NCBI RefSeq assembly: GCF_027359375.1
Contig: NZ_CP114779.1
Span: forward strand, 1,481,598 to 1,505,597
DNA: 24,000 bases
From: Prochlorococcus marinus str. MIT 0919
Lineage (GTDB): Bacteria; Cyanobacteriota; Cyanobacteriia; PCC-6307; Cyanobiaceae
Direction of reading: 5' to 3'
The position numbers and the translations under genes are program-made. The notes beneath the pieces were generated by a model, which saw only the letters and a list, made by a program, of their open reading frames with translations, was not told the origin of the DNA and did no database searches. Positions 1 through 9,449 of this stretch are shown here, piece by piece (the stretch's first letter is position 1; the number at the start of each line of letters is the position of its first letter).

Positions 1-93
1 GATATGTTTGCACCTAAGGCAAGCACAAGAGTGTTTGTTCTGGACGAGTTCAAAGAGGACATGGTTTTATTAGTCAAACTGATGCAAAAATGA
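1..93 (+). CDS. 3' end of an unidentified upstream gene (partial, runs off the left edge)
   Basis: Frame 1 is open from base 1 to a TGA at 91-93 (..DMFAPKASTRVFVLDEFKEDMVLLVKLMQK*). It ends 18 nt before the chlD ATG. Too short to identify, and could be non-coding. Confidence 0.3.
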   Translation, partial: DMFAPKASTRVFVLDEFKEDMVLLVKLMQK

Positions 94-111
94 TCAGGGT
101 AGGGATTTTCG

Positions 112-2232
112 ATGGTTTCAAGCGGAGCTAACACCACTCTTAATAATCAAAGCCTCGATTCTATGGAGATAGACAACCGAGCTTTCCCTTTGGCTGCAAT
201 TACAGGTCATGGGACTCTTAAGCTTGCTTTAATGCTTGCTGCTGTTGATCCGGCCTTAGGAGGGGTGATCATTGCTGGTGGCAGGGGCACTGGTAAATCC
301 GTCTTAGCAAGGGGGTTACATGCACTTTTGCCACCAATAGAAGTTTTAGACTTAGAGACTCCTTCTCTCCAGTATCAGCTTCGCCCTATTGGATTAAATC
401 TTGATCCAAAAAGACCAGAAGAATGGGATGAAATTAGCAAACGAATTATTCAACTAGAAAAAGAGTCTTCTCTTGATAATAAAGAACACGAAGCTCCTAA
501 AAGAGTTGTGAAAGCCCCTTTTGTCCAGGTGCCACTTGGGATTACAGAAGACAGATTGGTAGGCTCAGTAGATGTAGCATCTTCACTTGCTTCTGGAAAT
601 GCAGTTTTCCAACCTGGATTATTAGCCGAATCACATAGAGGTGTTTTGTATATAGATGAATTAAATCTTTTAGATGATGGAATTGTGAACCTTATGTTGG
701 CCGCAGTTGGATCTGGTGAAAATTTAATAGAGAGAGAAGGTTTGAGCCTTAGACATCCATGCCGCCCATTATTAATTGCAACATATAATCCAGAAGAGGG
801 AGCTGTGCGTGATCATTTACTAGATAGATTTGCAATTGTTTTATCTGCCGATCAGATTGTTTCTAATGAACAAAGAGTTGAGATAACAAAATCTTCAATG
901 GCGTTTGGTGAATCAAGTAAGACTTTTTCGAAAACTTGGTCTGAAGCCACTGAATCCTTGGCAACCCAATTGTTACTAGCAAGACAGTGGCTTCAAGATG
1001 TTCAAATAACTAAAGATCAGATTGAATATTTAGTGATCGAAGCAATTAGAGGTGGAGTAGAAGGCCATCGATCTGAATTGTATGCAGTACGCGTTGCTAA
1101 AGCTCATGCTGCTTTGTCTGGTAGAGATAAAGTGGATGCAGATGATTTACAAGTTGCTGTTCGCTTGGTTATAGCTCCTCGAGCTTTGCAGTTGCCACCT
1201 AATGAAGATCAAATGGAGCCTCCGCCTCCTGAAGATCAGCCGCCTCCACCTGACCAGTCTCAAGATGATGATTTAGAAGATCAAGATTCTGAAGATGATG
1301 ATGAAGACACTCCTGAAGATCAGCAAGCACCCCCTATTCCAGAAGAATTTATGCTTGACCCTGAGGCTTGTGCCATTGACCCAGACTTGTTGCTTTTCTC
1401 TTCGGCAAAAGCAAAAACTGGAAACAGTGGTAGTAGATCAGCTGTTTTTAGTGATAGTCGCGGACGATATGTAAAACCAATTCTCCCTAGGGGACCTGTT
1501 ACTCGGATTGCGGTTGATGCAACTTTAAGAGCAGCTGCTCCTTATCAGAAGGCTCGACGAGAGAGAGACCCATCTAGGAAGGTTATTGTAGAAGAAGGAG
1601 ATCTGCGGGCAAAGCTTCTTCAGCGAAAAGCAGGAGCTCTTGTGATTTTTTTAGTGGATGCAAGTGGGTCAATGGCTCTAAATCGCATGCAGAGCGCTAA
1701 AGGAGCTTTGATAAGGTTGCTTTCCGAAGCCTATGAGAATCGAGACGAAGTCTCTTTGATTCCTTTTAGAGGAGAGCAGGCAGAAGTTTTGCTACCTCCT
1801 ACAAGGTCTATAACTGCTGCCAAAAGACGTTTGGAAACAATGCCTTGCGGGGGGGGGTCTCCTCTCGCTCACGGATTGACTCAGGCAGCAAGAGTCGGTG
1901 CCAATGCACTCGCTACAGGGGATTTGGGTCAGGTTGTAGTAGTAGCAATTACCGATGGTAGAGGTAATGTCCCATTGGGGATATCCTTAGGCCAGCCTTC
2001 AATAGAAGGAGAAGAACCAGTTGACTTAAAACAAGAGGTTTTAGATGTAGCTTCTCGCTATAGAAGTTTGGGCATAAAGTTACTAGTTATAGATACTGAA
2101 AGAAAGTTTATTGCTAGTGGTATGGGAAAAGACTTGGCAGAATCAGCAGGTGGTAAATATGTTCAACTTCCTAAAGCCAGCGACCAGGCAATAGCTTCTA
2201 TTGCAATGGATGCTATTAATGAGGTCAAATAA
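112..2232 (+). CDS. chlD: Magnesium chelatase subunit D (ChlD)
   Basis: 706 aa. N-terminal AAA+ module with Walker A GGRGTGKS and Walker B-like [10 protein letters not shown]. Central Pro/Asp/Glu-rich linker ([30 protein letters not shown]). C-terminal von Willebrand A domain with MIDAS motif LVDASGSM. This three-part layout is diagnostic of ChlD/BchD rather than ChlI. An alternative start at the internal Met (MEIDNRAF) is possible. Confidence 0.95.
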   Translation: MVSSGANTTLNNQSLDSMEIDNRAFPLAAITGHGTLKLALMLAAVDPALGGVIIAGGRGTGKSVLARGLHALLPPIEVLDLETPSLQYQLRPIGLNLDPKRPEEWDEISKRIIQLEKESSLDNKEHEAPKRVVKAPFVQVPLGITEDRLVGSVDVASSLASGNAVFQPGLLAESHRGVLYIDELNLLDDGIVNLMLAAVGSGENLIEREGLSLRHPCRPLLIATYNPEEGAVRDHLLDRFAIVLSADQIVSNEQRVEITKSSMAFGESSKTFSKTWSEATESLATQLLLARQWLQDVQITKDQIEYLVIEAIRGGVEGHRSELYAVRVAKAHAALSGRDKVDADDLQVAVRLVIAPRALQLPPNEDQMEPPPPEDQPPPPDQSQDDDLEDQDSEDDDEDTPEDQQAPPIPEEFMLDPEACAIDPDLLLFSSAKAKTGNSGSRSAVFSDSRGRYVKPILPRGPVTRIAVDATLRAAAPYQKARRERDPSRKVIVEEGDLRAKLLQRKAGALVIFLVDASGSMALNRMQSAKGALIRLLSEAYENRDEVSLIPFRGEQAEVLLPPTRSITAAKRRLETMPCGGGSPLAHGLTQAARVGANALATGDLGQVVVVAITDGRGNVPLGISLGQPSIEGEEPVDLKQEVLDVASRYRSLGIKLLVIDTERKFIASGMGKDLAESAGGKYVQLPKASDQAIASIAMDAINEVK

Positions 2233-2246
2233 TTGAGCTTTGATTA

Positions 2247-3092
2247 TTAAGGATAAAGGTCATTAAATAATTTACCTATGCCAACTGCTGCACTTTGCAA
2301 GGCATCTTTTAACTCTTCATTATTGAGAATTTCACTTAAATCAGTAGCTAACTTGTCCAGTTTCTGTGTGGTTGAACTCATTGAACTTGCAGTTAATTTA
2401 ATGTCTTCAAGCGTCTCAGGGCTATCTATAGCAGCTAAAATATTATTTATGTGCGCAACAGTCTTCCTTAGCTCTGTGATTATTGGCTTGGCACGGTTCA
2501 TTTCTTGCTTTGATAATTGTATCAGTTCTTTTAATTCTGTTTGAGTATCATCGAAATTACTGATTGACTTTACAACTTTAGCTACAACCTCTTCTTCGCC
2601 TGCTTGATTGAGTAAGTTATTTAATTCTTCAGTTAAAGTCGAAATACTTTTAATTGCTCTTCCCTGTATAACATCATTTTCGCACAAGATTAAATTCCCA
2701 GGACAATCTTGATGTGTTGGTAAATTGTTTAAGTTTTCAAGCGGCTTCCCTTTACTAATTAAGGCTACTTCTATATCTCTACCAAGGACTGAGCTTGCTA
2801 GAACTTTTGCATAAACTGGTTTATATAAAATAAGTTTTTTATTATTAATATTAATTTTAGTCTTTACATTTTGCACATCAAAAGAAACATCTTCAATAGT
2901 ACCTACTTTGATACCCCGAAAGGTAACAGGTGTTCCTTCTGATAAGCCACTGGCATCATCAAAATTAGCAATAAAATCCCAATTATTTCTATTCAGCCTT
3001 AGCCCTTCTAGCCAAATCATTAAACCAGAAAATATTACTACGCCTCCTAAAAGAGTAAAACCAACAATTGCATCTCTATGGCTTCTTTTCAT
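2247..3092 (-). CDS. MCE/MlaD-family substrate-binding component of an ABC lipid-transport system (TGD2-like)
   Basis: 281 aa. N-terminal TM anchor (IVGFTLLGGVVIFSGLMIWL) followed by an MCE-domain signature (FDDASGLSEGTPVTFRGIKVGTIEDVSF) and a long C-terminal coiled-coil-like tail. It lies 5 nt downstream of the ATPase gene on the same strand. Confidence 0.85.
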   Translation of the reverse strand: MKRSHRDAIVGFTLLGGVVIFSGLMIWLEGLRLNRNNWDFIANFDDASGLSEGTPVTFRGIKVGTIEDVSFDVQNVKTKININNKKLILYKPVYAKVLASSVLGRDIEVALISKGKPLENLNNLPTHQDCPGNLILCENDVIQGRAIKSISTLTEELNNLLNQAGEEEVVAKVVKSISNFDDTQTELKELIQLSKQEMNRAKPIITELRKTVAHINNILAAIDSPETLEDIKLTASSMSSTTQKLDKLATDLSEILNNEELKDALQSAAVGIGKLFNDLYP

Positions 3093-3097
3093 CGTAA

Positions 3098-3910
3098 TTA
3101 AATTATTTCAGGTTGAATAGGACCTCGAAGGCTACCTTCTCTAAATTGTTTGATATAAGGATTATCAGTTTCCCTAAATTCTTGAATTGTGCCATCCCAT
3201 TGGATCTTACCTCCATATAGCATTAACACTCTTTCAGCAGCTCTTTCTATTGTGCTCATTACATGGCTGACAACTATGGAACAGCCTTTGGCTACATTAG
3301 TAGTTTTAATAATTAAATCTTCTATTCTCGTACAAGCTATAGGGTCTAAACCAGAGGTAGGTTCATCAAATAAAAGTAATGGCATTGAAGATGAATTTAA
3401 ATAAGGGCTTTTAATTAATGCGCGAGCAAAGCTGACTCTTTTTTGCATTCCTCCACTTAATTCGCCAGGTAATTTATTACTTACATTGTAGAGGCCAACT
3501 TCTTTAAGGCAAGTTATGACAATGTCTCTTACCTTGCTTTTACTAAGGCTTGTATTTTTTCTTAAGAGAAAACCTACGTTTTCTTCAACTGTCAAAGAGC
3601 CTAAAAGTGCAGGGTTTTGAAAAACTAAACGCACGTCTGGAGGATTGTTTTGGTCCAGACGCAAATATTTTTGACTAGTGCCAAACAATTTAATTTCGCC
3701 ACTTGTTGGAAGCAGCAAACCTGCAAGAACCTTTAGTGTTGTTGATTTGCCACAACCTGATGGCCCAATGATCGCAATTTTTTCACCAGGTTTCATGATT
3801 AAATCAAATTGATTTAATACTGGCTTTGAATCCCATTGCACCACTAAACTTTCAATATCAATAATTGGTAAGGTATCTTTTACCATTCTGTTTGTTCTTG
3901 AATGTTCCAT
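3098..3910 (-). CDS. ABC transporter ATP-binding protein, MlaF/TGD3-like
   Basis: 270 aa. Walker A GPSGCGKST, ABC signature LSGGMQKRVSFARAL, Walker B LLLFDEPTSGLD, H-loop VVSHV. Directly precedes the MCE gene, which is typical Mla/TGD pairing. Confidence 0.9.
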   Translation of the reverse strand: MEHSRTNRMVKDTLPIIDIESLVVQWDSKPVLNQFDLIMKPGEKIAIIGPSGCGKSTTLKVLAGLLLPTSGEIKLFGTSQKYLRLDQNNPPDVRLVFQNPALLGSLTVEENVGFLLRKNTSLSKSKVRDIVITCLKEVGLYNVSNKLPGELSGGMQKRVSFARALIKSPYLNSSSMPLLLFDEPTSGLDPIACTRIEDLIIKTTNVAKGCSIVVSHVMSTIERAAERVLMLYGGKIQWDGTIQEFRETDNPYIKQFREGSLRGPIQPEII

Positions 3911-3987
3911 CTAGCTTCGTTTAAATAGACTCTAGGGCAACTTCCCTTTTAAACTTATTAGCAATTAATCTGCTTTAGTTTTTAGAT

Positions 3988-5412
3988 TTGTCTTTGTTGA
4001 ATAAGCCATTTAAAAAAAGAACACTTAGGAGGCAAATCTCTAGGCATAACTCCCCTAAGGATACTTTAAGGAAAGGAAGTCAATTAAATTTTTTAAGGCG
4101 ATCACAAAGGGCGGTGCGTTGGTTATTGCCAGGTTTAGTAGTAAAGCGGTGGATGTTTACTTCTGGAATTGGTTTGATAGTAGCCCTTTTTGGAGCAGCT
4201 ATTTGGGCGAATTTAAGGCCTGTTTATTGGGCTGTTGAAGGACTTTTTTGGTTTCTTGAAACTATTACTACCTTCCTTCCAAGAAGTTTTACAGGTCCAT
4301 TGGTATTTCTTGTAGGTATTGGCTTACTGCTATGGGGGCAGAGTAGAAGCTTTGACTCTATACAACAAGCTGTAGCTCCAGATAAGGATGCAATCTTAGT
4401 AGATGCGTTAATGGTAAAAAGTAAGCGCAATAGAGGACCAAACATTGTTGCGATTGGTGGTGGAACAGGTTTGGCTTCTTTGCTACAGGGATTGAAGCGC
4501 TATAGCAGTCGAATCACTGCAATAGTCACAGTTGCGGATGATGGAGGTAGCAGCGGAATTTTGAGAAGGGAACTAGGTGTGCAGCCTCCTGGTGATATTC
4601 GCAATTGTCTAGCCGCTTTATCTAATGAGGAACCATTGCTAACAAGGCTGTTTCAATATCGCTTCTCTTCTGGCACTGGCTTGGCTGGTCATAGCTTTGG
4701 TAACTTATTCCTTTCGGCCTTAACTTCCATTACAGGTAATATTGATACAGCCATTACGGCTTCAAGTCGAATTCTTGCAGTTCAAGGTCAAGTTGTTCCT
4801 GCCACAAATGCGGATGTGTGCTTATGGGCAGAGTTGGAAAATGGAGAACATGTTGAAGGGGAATCATCTATAGGGAGAGCTTCAAACCCAATCGTTAGAA
4901 TTGGTTGTTATCCTGAAAAGCCACCTGCGATACCAAGGGCTTTAGATGCCATAGAGAATGCTGAGCTAATTTTGCTAGGCCCAGGTAGCTTATTTACTTC
5001 GTTATTGCCAAATTTATTAGTACCTGAGATTGTTGCTGCAATTCAAAAAAGCAAAGCACCTAAATTATATATTTGCAATTTAATGACTCAACCAGGGGAG
5101 ACCGATGGACTTGATGTTAGTGGACATATTAGAGCTATTGAAGCCCAATTAGCTAGTCTGGGAATTACAAATCGCATTTTTAATGATATTCTTGCGCAAG
5201 AACAATTAGGTGCTTCACCTCTTATTGAATATTATCGTTCAAGAGGAGCTGAACCAGTTAAATGCGATAGGCAAAATCTTATTTCTAAAGGCTATAAGGT
5301 TTATTTAACTTCTCTACAAGGATCTAAAACTACACCAACATTAAGACATGATCCAAGGAGCTTATCTATAGCTGTAATGCGCTTTTATAGAAAATATAAA
5401 AGAGAGCATTAA
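3988..5412 (+). CDS. YvcK/CofD-family (UPF0052, gluconeogenesis-factor-like) protein with a basic, multi-TM N-terminal extension
   Basis: Family motifs [10 protein letters not shown] and [22 protein letters not shown], plus the C-terminal [10 protein letters not shown] core. The tracked start is TTG at 3988, so the start is uncertain; the first in-frame ATG is at 4153 (MFTSGIG). Confidence 0.85.
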   Translation: MSLLNKPFKKRTLRRQISRHNSPKDTLRKGSQLNFLRRSQRAVRWLLPGLVVKRWMFTSGIGLIVALFGAAIWANLRPVYWAVEGLFWFLETITTFLPRSFTGPLVFLVGIGLLLWGQSRSFDSIQQAVAPDKDAILVDALMVKSKRNRGPNIVAIGGGTGLASLLQGLKRYSSRITAIVTVADDGGSSGILRRELGVQPPGDIRNCLAALSNEEPLLTRLFQYRFSSGTGLAGHSFGNLFLSALTSITGNIDTAITASSRILAVQGQVVPATNADVCLWAELENGEHVEGESSIGRASNPIVRIGCYPEKPPAIPRALDAIENAELILLGPGSLFTSLLPNLLVPEIVAAIQKSKAPKLYICNLMTQPGETDGLDVSGHIRAIEAQLASLGITNRIFNDILAQEQLGASPLIEYYRSRGAEPVKCDRQNLISKGYKVYLTSLQGSKTTPTLRHDPRSLSIAVMRFYRKYKREH

Positions 5413-5963
5413 TATGCATCTTGCATTTCATAGAAATCAGGCTGAACGTAGTCTTTTCGAAGCGGCCAACCTTTCCAGTCTTCTGGCATAAGTAATCTTT
5501 TGGGGTGAGGGTGACCAGCAAAATTTATACCAAACATGTCATAAGTCTCTCTTTCTTGCCAGTCACTTCCTTTAAATATTTGATATAAGCTAGGAACCCT
5601 CATTTCTTCGTTCCTGTCAAGGAAGACTTTCATTCTGATTTCCCTAGGATGGAAATCATCTTTAAAATCTCTAATTTCTATAAGATGGTAAAAACAAACA
5701 AGAGACAACCCTGCCCCTTCGTCATAACCTCCTTGGCATTGCAAATAATTAAAGCCATTACTTTTCAAGGCAGAAGCAGCTTTTAGCAAAAAGTTTGGAT
5801 TGACTGCAATATTTTCTATCCCTATGTGATCAGATCCTATAGGGGCGTTTTCAATACCTTGAGTATTCAGCCATTGACTTATTGGGCCAGGCTCTATTAC
5901 CTCTACTTCTTTCGCTTCAGGGTTAGATAGATTTTGTTTTGATGCTTCAGGATCTAATGCCAT
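5409..5963 (-). CDS. ndhJ: NAD(P)H-quinone oxidoreductase (NDH-1) subunit J
   Basis: 184 aa. NuoC/NdhJ-like core ([43 protein letters not shown]). Third gene of an ndhC-K-J arrangement. Confidence 0.95.
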   Translation of the reverse strand: MALDPEASKQNLSNPEAKEVEVIEPGPISQWLNTQGIENAPIGSDHIGIENIAVNPNFLLKAASALKSNGFNYLQCQGGYDEGAGLSLVCFYHLIEIRDFKDDFHPREIRMKVFLDRNEEMRVPSLYQIFKGSDWQERETYDMFGINFAGHPHPKRLLMPEDWKGWPLRKDYVQPDFYEMQDAY

Positions 5964-5968
5964 GTTTG

Positions 5969-6727
5969 CTATGTGATGGTTTCTTTCGAGGGTTCAGTTT
6001 TTGCTTGAAGAGGCGTTTCTTGAGAACCTTTTAAAGCAAATTGTTGAGACTCTGCTTTTAAGTAAGCACCGGTGATTTGAGATTCAACTTTTTTCATCTC
6101 ATGTCGAACAGTAAAATAACGATGAGTCTGGACTAGCTTCCCTCGTTCTTGAAATGACTCATTACTAACTTTTTTTCTCAATTTGACCACTGCATCAAAT
6201 ATTGCTTCAGGTCTTGGTGGACATCCTGGTAAGTAAAGATCTACAGGGATTAATTTATCTACGCCTCTAACAGCTGTAGTTGAGTCTGCACTAAACATCC
6301 CACCAGTGATTGTGCATGCACCCATTGCAATTACATATTTGGGGTCTGGCATTTGTTCATAAAGCCTTACTAGTGCAGGAGCCATTTTCATTGTTACTGT
6401 TCCTGCCACAATTAGTAGATCAGCTTGTCTAGGCGAACTTCTTGGAACTAAGCCGAATCTATCAAAATCAAACCTTGAGCCAATTAAGGCTGCAAATTCA
6501 ATAAAGCAACATGCTGTGCCATAAAGAAGAGGCCATAAGCTACTTAACCTTGCCCAATTATGAAGATCATCAAGGCTAGTAAGAATGATGTTTTCACTTA
6601 GGTCACTAGTGACATTTGGGGATCCAACTGGACCACAAGTAGCTTCCCGAATGTCTCTAACTGCATTTGTTGTAGGTAGATCAGTCAAGTAATTAACTCC
6701 ATTCAAGTGCGCCTTTACGCCAGGCAT
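5969..6727 (-). CDS. ndhK: NDH-1 subunit K (NuoB-like, Fe-S subunit)
   Basis: Conserved cluster-binding motifs [18 protein letters not shown] and LPGCPPRP. The tracked ATG overlaps the ndhC 3' end by 35 nt. An in-frame TTG at 6688 just after the ndhC stop is an alternative start. Confidence 0.95.
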   Translation of the reverse strand: MPGVKAHLNGVNYLTDLPTTNAVRDIREATCGPVGSPNVTSDLSENIILTSLDDLHNWARLSSLWPLLYGTACCFIEFAALIGSRFDFDRFGLVPRSSPRQADLLIVAGTVTMKMAPALVRLYEQMPDPKYVIAMGACTITGGMFSADSTTAVRGVDKLIPVDLYLPGCPPRPEAIFDAVVKLRKKVSNESFQERGKLVQTHRYFTVRHEMKKVESQITGAYLKAESQQFALKGSQETPLQAKTEPSKETIT

Positions 6728-7055
6728 ATGCTAATGCAACTATAAGAATTGCAATAAAAATCAGGGCTTCAATAAATGCCAGTAAACCAAGTTTATGAAA
6801 TGCGACGGCCCAGGGATAAAGAAAAACTGTTTCCACATCAAATATTACGAAAACAAGAGCGAACATGTAATAACGAATATTGAATTGAATCCATGCCCCT
6901 CCTATCGGCTCCATTCCTGATTCATAGGTAAGTTCTCTCTCCCCTTTTTGGCTTTTGGGTGATAAAAATTTATTGGTTACTAGTGCCAGAATCGGAACAG
7001 CACCAGAAATTATCAGAAATCCTAGAAATGCGTCGTAACCCTGAAGCGAGAACAT
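6693..7055 (-). CDS. ndhC: NDH-1 subunit 3 (NdhC / NuoA-like)
   Basis: 120 aa with three TM helices. Conserved YESGMEP.G.AW.QF..RYY.FAL.FV.FDVE..FLYPWA. Confidence 0.95.
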   Translation of the reverse strand: MFSLQGYDAFLGFLIISGAVPILALVTNKFLSPKSQKGERELTYESGMEPIGGAWIQFNIRYYMFALVFVIFDVETVFLYPWAVAFHKLGLLAFIEALIFIAILIVALAYAWRKGALEWS

Positions 7056-7125
7056 TAGATATAAAAAACTTTATTCTTAGTTTGACACTCACTCATAAGT
7101 AGTTTCATGGATAGAGTTAAGTTGT

Positions 7126-7569
7126 GTGAGACTGCAAACGGTGAACGACGAACAAAAAGCTGCATTAGACCAAGCCGAACCCAATAAATTGGGTAAAGAC
7201 TCTATCAATGCAGATACAAAATCTGATCAGATATCTGATCGTTCTGATGATCTCAGGCTGAATCGATTTGAGTGTAGAGGATGTGGTTACATTTATGATC
7301 CTAAAGAAGGCTTGAGGAAATATAAGATTCCTAAAGGGACTCCTTTTAAGGAAATTGACAGGCAAAAATACCGTTGTCCTGTTTGCAGAGCTAGTGTTGA
7401 TGCTTACAAAGATATCGGCGCTAAATTTAAACCTGCTGAAGGCTTTGAAGAAAACATTCAGTATGGCTTTGGTTTCAATACTCTTCCTCCTGGACAGAAG
7501 AATGTTTTGATTTTTGGTGGTCTAGCATTAGCAGCAGCTTGTTTCTTATCTCTGTATTCATTGCATTAA
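7126..7569 (+). CDS. rubA: Membrane-anchored rubredoxin (RubA)
   Basis: Rubredoxin iron site [10 protein letters not shown]...YRCPVCRA plus a C-terminal TM anchor ([20 protein letters not shown]). It sits immediately upstream of ycf48-psbEFLJ, a conserved cyanobacterial and plastid synteny. No in-frame ATG precedes the domain; the tracked start is GTG 7126 (GTG 7141 is also possible). Confidence 0.9.
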   Translation: MRLQTVNDEQKAALDQAEPNKLGKDSINADTKSDQISDRSDDLRLNRFECRGCGYIYDPKEGLRKYKIPKGTPFKEIDRQKYRCPVCRASVDAYKDIGAKFKPAEGFEENIQYGFGFNTLPPGQKNVLIFGGLALAAACFLSLYSLH

Positions 7570-7579
7570 CCTTCCTCTC

Positions 7580-8593
7580 ATGAATCGATTATTTAAAATT
7601 TCTGCAAATTTGCTTTTGTTTGTATTCGTAGCATTTGCTTTAAGTGGATGTGTCTCTACAACCAGGCTTCCTGTTGCGTCATCTTCTCCTTGGGAGCAAG
7701 TGCAGCTTGAGCTTGAAGACAATCCGCTTGATATTGCTTTTGTGGATGAAAACCATGGGTTTTTAGTCGGAGCAAATCGACTGATTCGCGAGACATTTGA
7801 TGGTGGTTCAACTTGGCAAGAAAGGGCATTAGAACTTCCAAGTGAAGAAAATTTCCGATTAATCAGTATTGATTTTAAGGGCAGTGAAGGCTGGCTTGTA
7901 GGTCAACCTGGTTTGGTTATGCATACTGATGATGCCGGGAAAAATTGGAACCGTCTTGTTCTTGGCAATAAATTACCTGGCAACCCTTATTTGATTAAAA
8001 CCCTAGGAGATAGCTCTGCGGAATTGGCCACTACAGCAGGGGCCATTTATCAAACCGTTGATGAGGGGGCAACTTGGCAAGGGAGAGTGGCGGAGGCATC
8101 AGGGGGTGTAAGGGACATGAGAAGAAGGGATGATGGTGCTTATGTAAGCGTAAGTAGTTTGGGTAATTTCTTCGTGACCTTGGAATCAGGTCAAGAAAGC
8201 TGGCAACCCCACCAAAGAGCTAGTAGCAAAAGAGTTCAAACCCTAGGCTTTCAACCAAATGGCCAACTTTGGATGTTATCGAGAGGAGCTGAAATTCGTT
8301 TTAATGAAATTGAAGGTGATTATGAAAGCTGGTCCAAGCCAAAAGTTCCAATAGTAAATGGATACAACTACTTGGATATGGCCTGGGATCCAAACGGTCA
8401 TATATGGGCTGGAGGGGGTAATGGGACTCTTCTGTTAAGTAAAGATCAAGGAGAAAGTTGGGAAAAAGATCCTCTAGGTGAATTAATTCCTACAAATTTT
8501 ATAAGGATCTTTTTTATCGATAACCCTGAGCTAAATCAGCCAAAAGGCTTTGCCCTAGGTGAAAGAGGGAATCTTTTGAGATGGATTGGTTAG
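7580..8593 (+). CDS. ycf48: Photosystem II assembly factor Ycf48 (HCF136 homologue), lipoprotein
   Basis: 337 aa. Signal peptide with lipobox FALSGC. Repeated beta-propeller blades carrying G..W motifs (DGGSTWQ, DAGKNWN, DEGATWQ, DQGESWE). Position between rubA and psbE. Confidence 0.95.
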   Translation: MNRLFKISANLLLFVFVAFALSGCVSTTRLPVASSSPWEQVQLELEDNPLDIAFVDENHGFLVGANRLIRETFDGGSTWQERALELPSEENFRLISIDFKGSEGWLVGQPGLVMHTDDAGKNWNRLVLGNKLPGNPYLIKTLGDSSAELATTAGAIYQTVDEGATWQGRVAEASGGVRDMRRRDDGAYVSVSSLGNFFVTLESGQESWQPHQRASSKRVQTLGFQPNGQLWMLSRGAEIRFNEIEGDYESWSKPKVPIVNGYNYLDMAWDPNGHIWAGGGNGTLLLSKDQGESWEKDPLGELIPTNFIRIFFIDNPELNQPKGFALGERGNLLRWIG

Positions 8594-8697
8594 TCTTTAT
8601 CACTTCCGAATCCACAACGCTCTGTAACCATGCTGCAAAACCAGCACAACTTTAGATAGAGCCTTGATAAGATCTTTAAGCTAATACGCGTGAGGCT

Positions 8698-8946
8698 ATG
8701 GCTGCCGGCTCCACCGGGGAACGCCCGTTTTTTGAGATCATTACAAGTGTCCGCTACTGGATCATCCATGCGGTAACTCTCCCAGCGATCTTTATCGCAG
8801 GATTCTTATTTGTGTCTACAGGCCTTGCCTATGACACATTTGGAACTCCCAGACCAGACACCTATTTTCAGGCATCTGAAACTAAGGCTCCAGTTGTATC
8901 AGAGCGTTTTGACTCTAAGGCTCAACTTGATTTGCGCCTGAAATAA
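8698..8946 (+). CDS. psbE: Cytochrome b559 alpha subunit (PsbE)
   Basis: 82 aa. GERPF..IITS.RYW.IH..T.P..F with the haem-ligating His in the single TM helix. Confidence 0.97.
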   Translation: MAAGSTGERPFFEIITSVRYWIIHAVTLPAIFIAGFLFVSTGLAYDTFGTPRPDTYFQASETKAPVVSERFDSKAQLDLRLK

Positions 8947-8949
8947 CCA

Positions 8950-9096
8950 ATGACTAATTCTTCTTCTCCATTACAGGCTGTTGAAGTACGCACCTATCCA
9001 ATCTTTACGGTGCGTTGGCTTGCAGTACATGCACTGGCTATCCCAACAGTATTTTTCTTAGGTGCGATTGCAGCAATGCAGTTCATCCGTCGTTGA
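8950..9096 (+). CDS. psbF: Cytochrome b559 beta subunit (PsbF)
   Basis: Not on the ORF track (below its size cutoff). Hand translation gives [48 protein letters not shown] (48 aa), with the canonical [26 protein letters not shown] motif. It starts 3 nt after the psbE stop. Confidence 0.95.
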
Positions 9097-9117
9097 TTAT
9101 TCGACTAATTTTTAGCC

Positions 9118-9237
9118 ATGCAAGTTAATCCAAATCCAAACAAGCTTTCGGTTGAATTAAATCGAACAAGCCTTTATCTAGGTCTTTTGCTTGTTTTTGT
9201 TCTAGGGATTTTGTTCTCAAGCTATTTCTTTAACTAA
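9118..9237 (+). CDS. psbL: Photosystem II protein L (PsbL)
   Basis: Not on the ORF track. Hand translation gives [39 protein letters not shown] (39 aa), matching the conserved PsbL NPN...VELNRTSLY...LFSSYFFN pattern. Confidence 0.95.
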   Translation: MQVNPNPNKLSVELNRTSLYLGLLLVFVLGILFSSYFFN

Positions 9238-9251
9238 ACCTTTCTCTAATC

Positions 9252-9449
9252 ATGAGCTCAAAATTAAAGGGACCTGATGGCCGCATCCCAGACAGGCTTT
9301 CCGATGGGAGACCTGCTGTTTCATGGGAAAGACGCTGGACAGAAGGTACTTTGCCTTTATGGCTAGTAGCTACTGCTGGTGGCATAGCGGTAATTTTTGT
9401 TCTAGGGATCTTTTTCTATGGTTCTTACACAGGTGTTGGTTCTGCTTAG
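9252..9449 (+). CDS. psbJ: Photosystem II protein J (PsbJ), long-N-terminus form
   Basis: 65 aa. The C-terminal part [32 protein letters not shown] is canonical PsbJ. It is the last gene of psbEFLJ. The extended hydrophilic N-terminus is, to my recollection, typical of marine picocyanobacteria. Confidence 0.92.
   Translation: MSSKLKGPDGRIPDRLSDGRPAVSWERRWTEGTLPLWLVATAGGIAVIFVLGIFFYGSYTGVGSA

Noticed and set aside
1195-1330. Repetitive GAAGATCA/GATGAT-rich stretch, considered as a tandem repeat or insertion
   Set aside because: It encodes the Pro/Asp/Glu-rich inter-domain linker that is a normal feature of ChlD/BchD. It is in frame and not a discrete repeat unit.
2278-3404. Plus-strand ORFs 2278-2544, 2908-3120 and 3189-3404, antisense to the MCE and ABC-ATPase genes
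   Set aside because: They lie entirely within strongly supported minus-strand genes. Their products are low-complexity, Ser/Leu/Ile-rich sequences typical of shadow frames in AT-rich DNA, with no recognisable motifs.
4224-4445. Minus-strand ORF antisense to the yvcK-like gene
   Set aside because: It is a shadow ORF inside a motif-supported gene, with no start context or family similarity.
7082-7087. Consensus TTGACA in the ndhC/rubA spacer, considered as the rubA -35 box
   Set aside because: I could not find an acceptable -10 hexamer at 16-18 nt spacing, so the promoter assignment would be a guess.
7165-7841. Minus-strand ORFs 7165-7365 and 7656-7841, antisense to rubA and ycf48
   Set aside because: Both are embedded in well-supported plus-strand genes of a conserved operon, and their translations are not protein-like.
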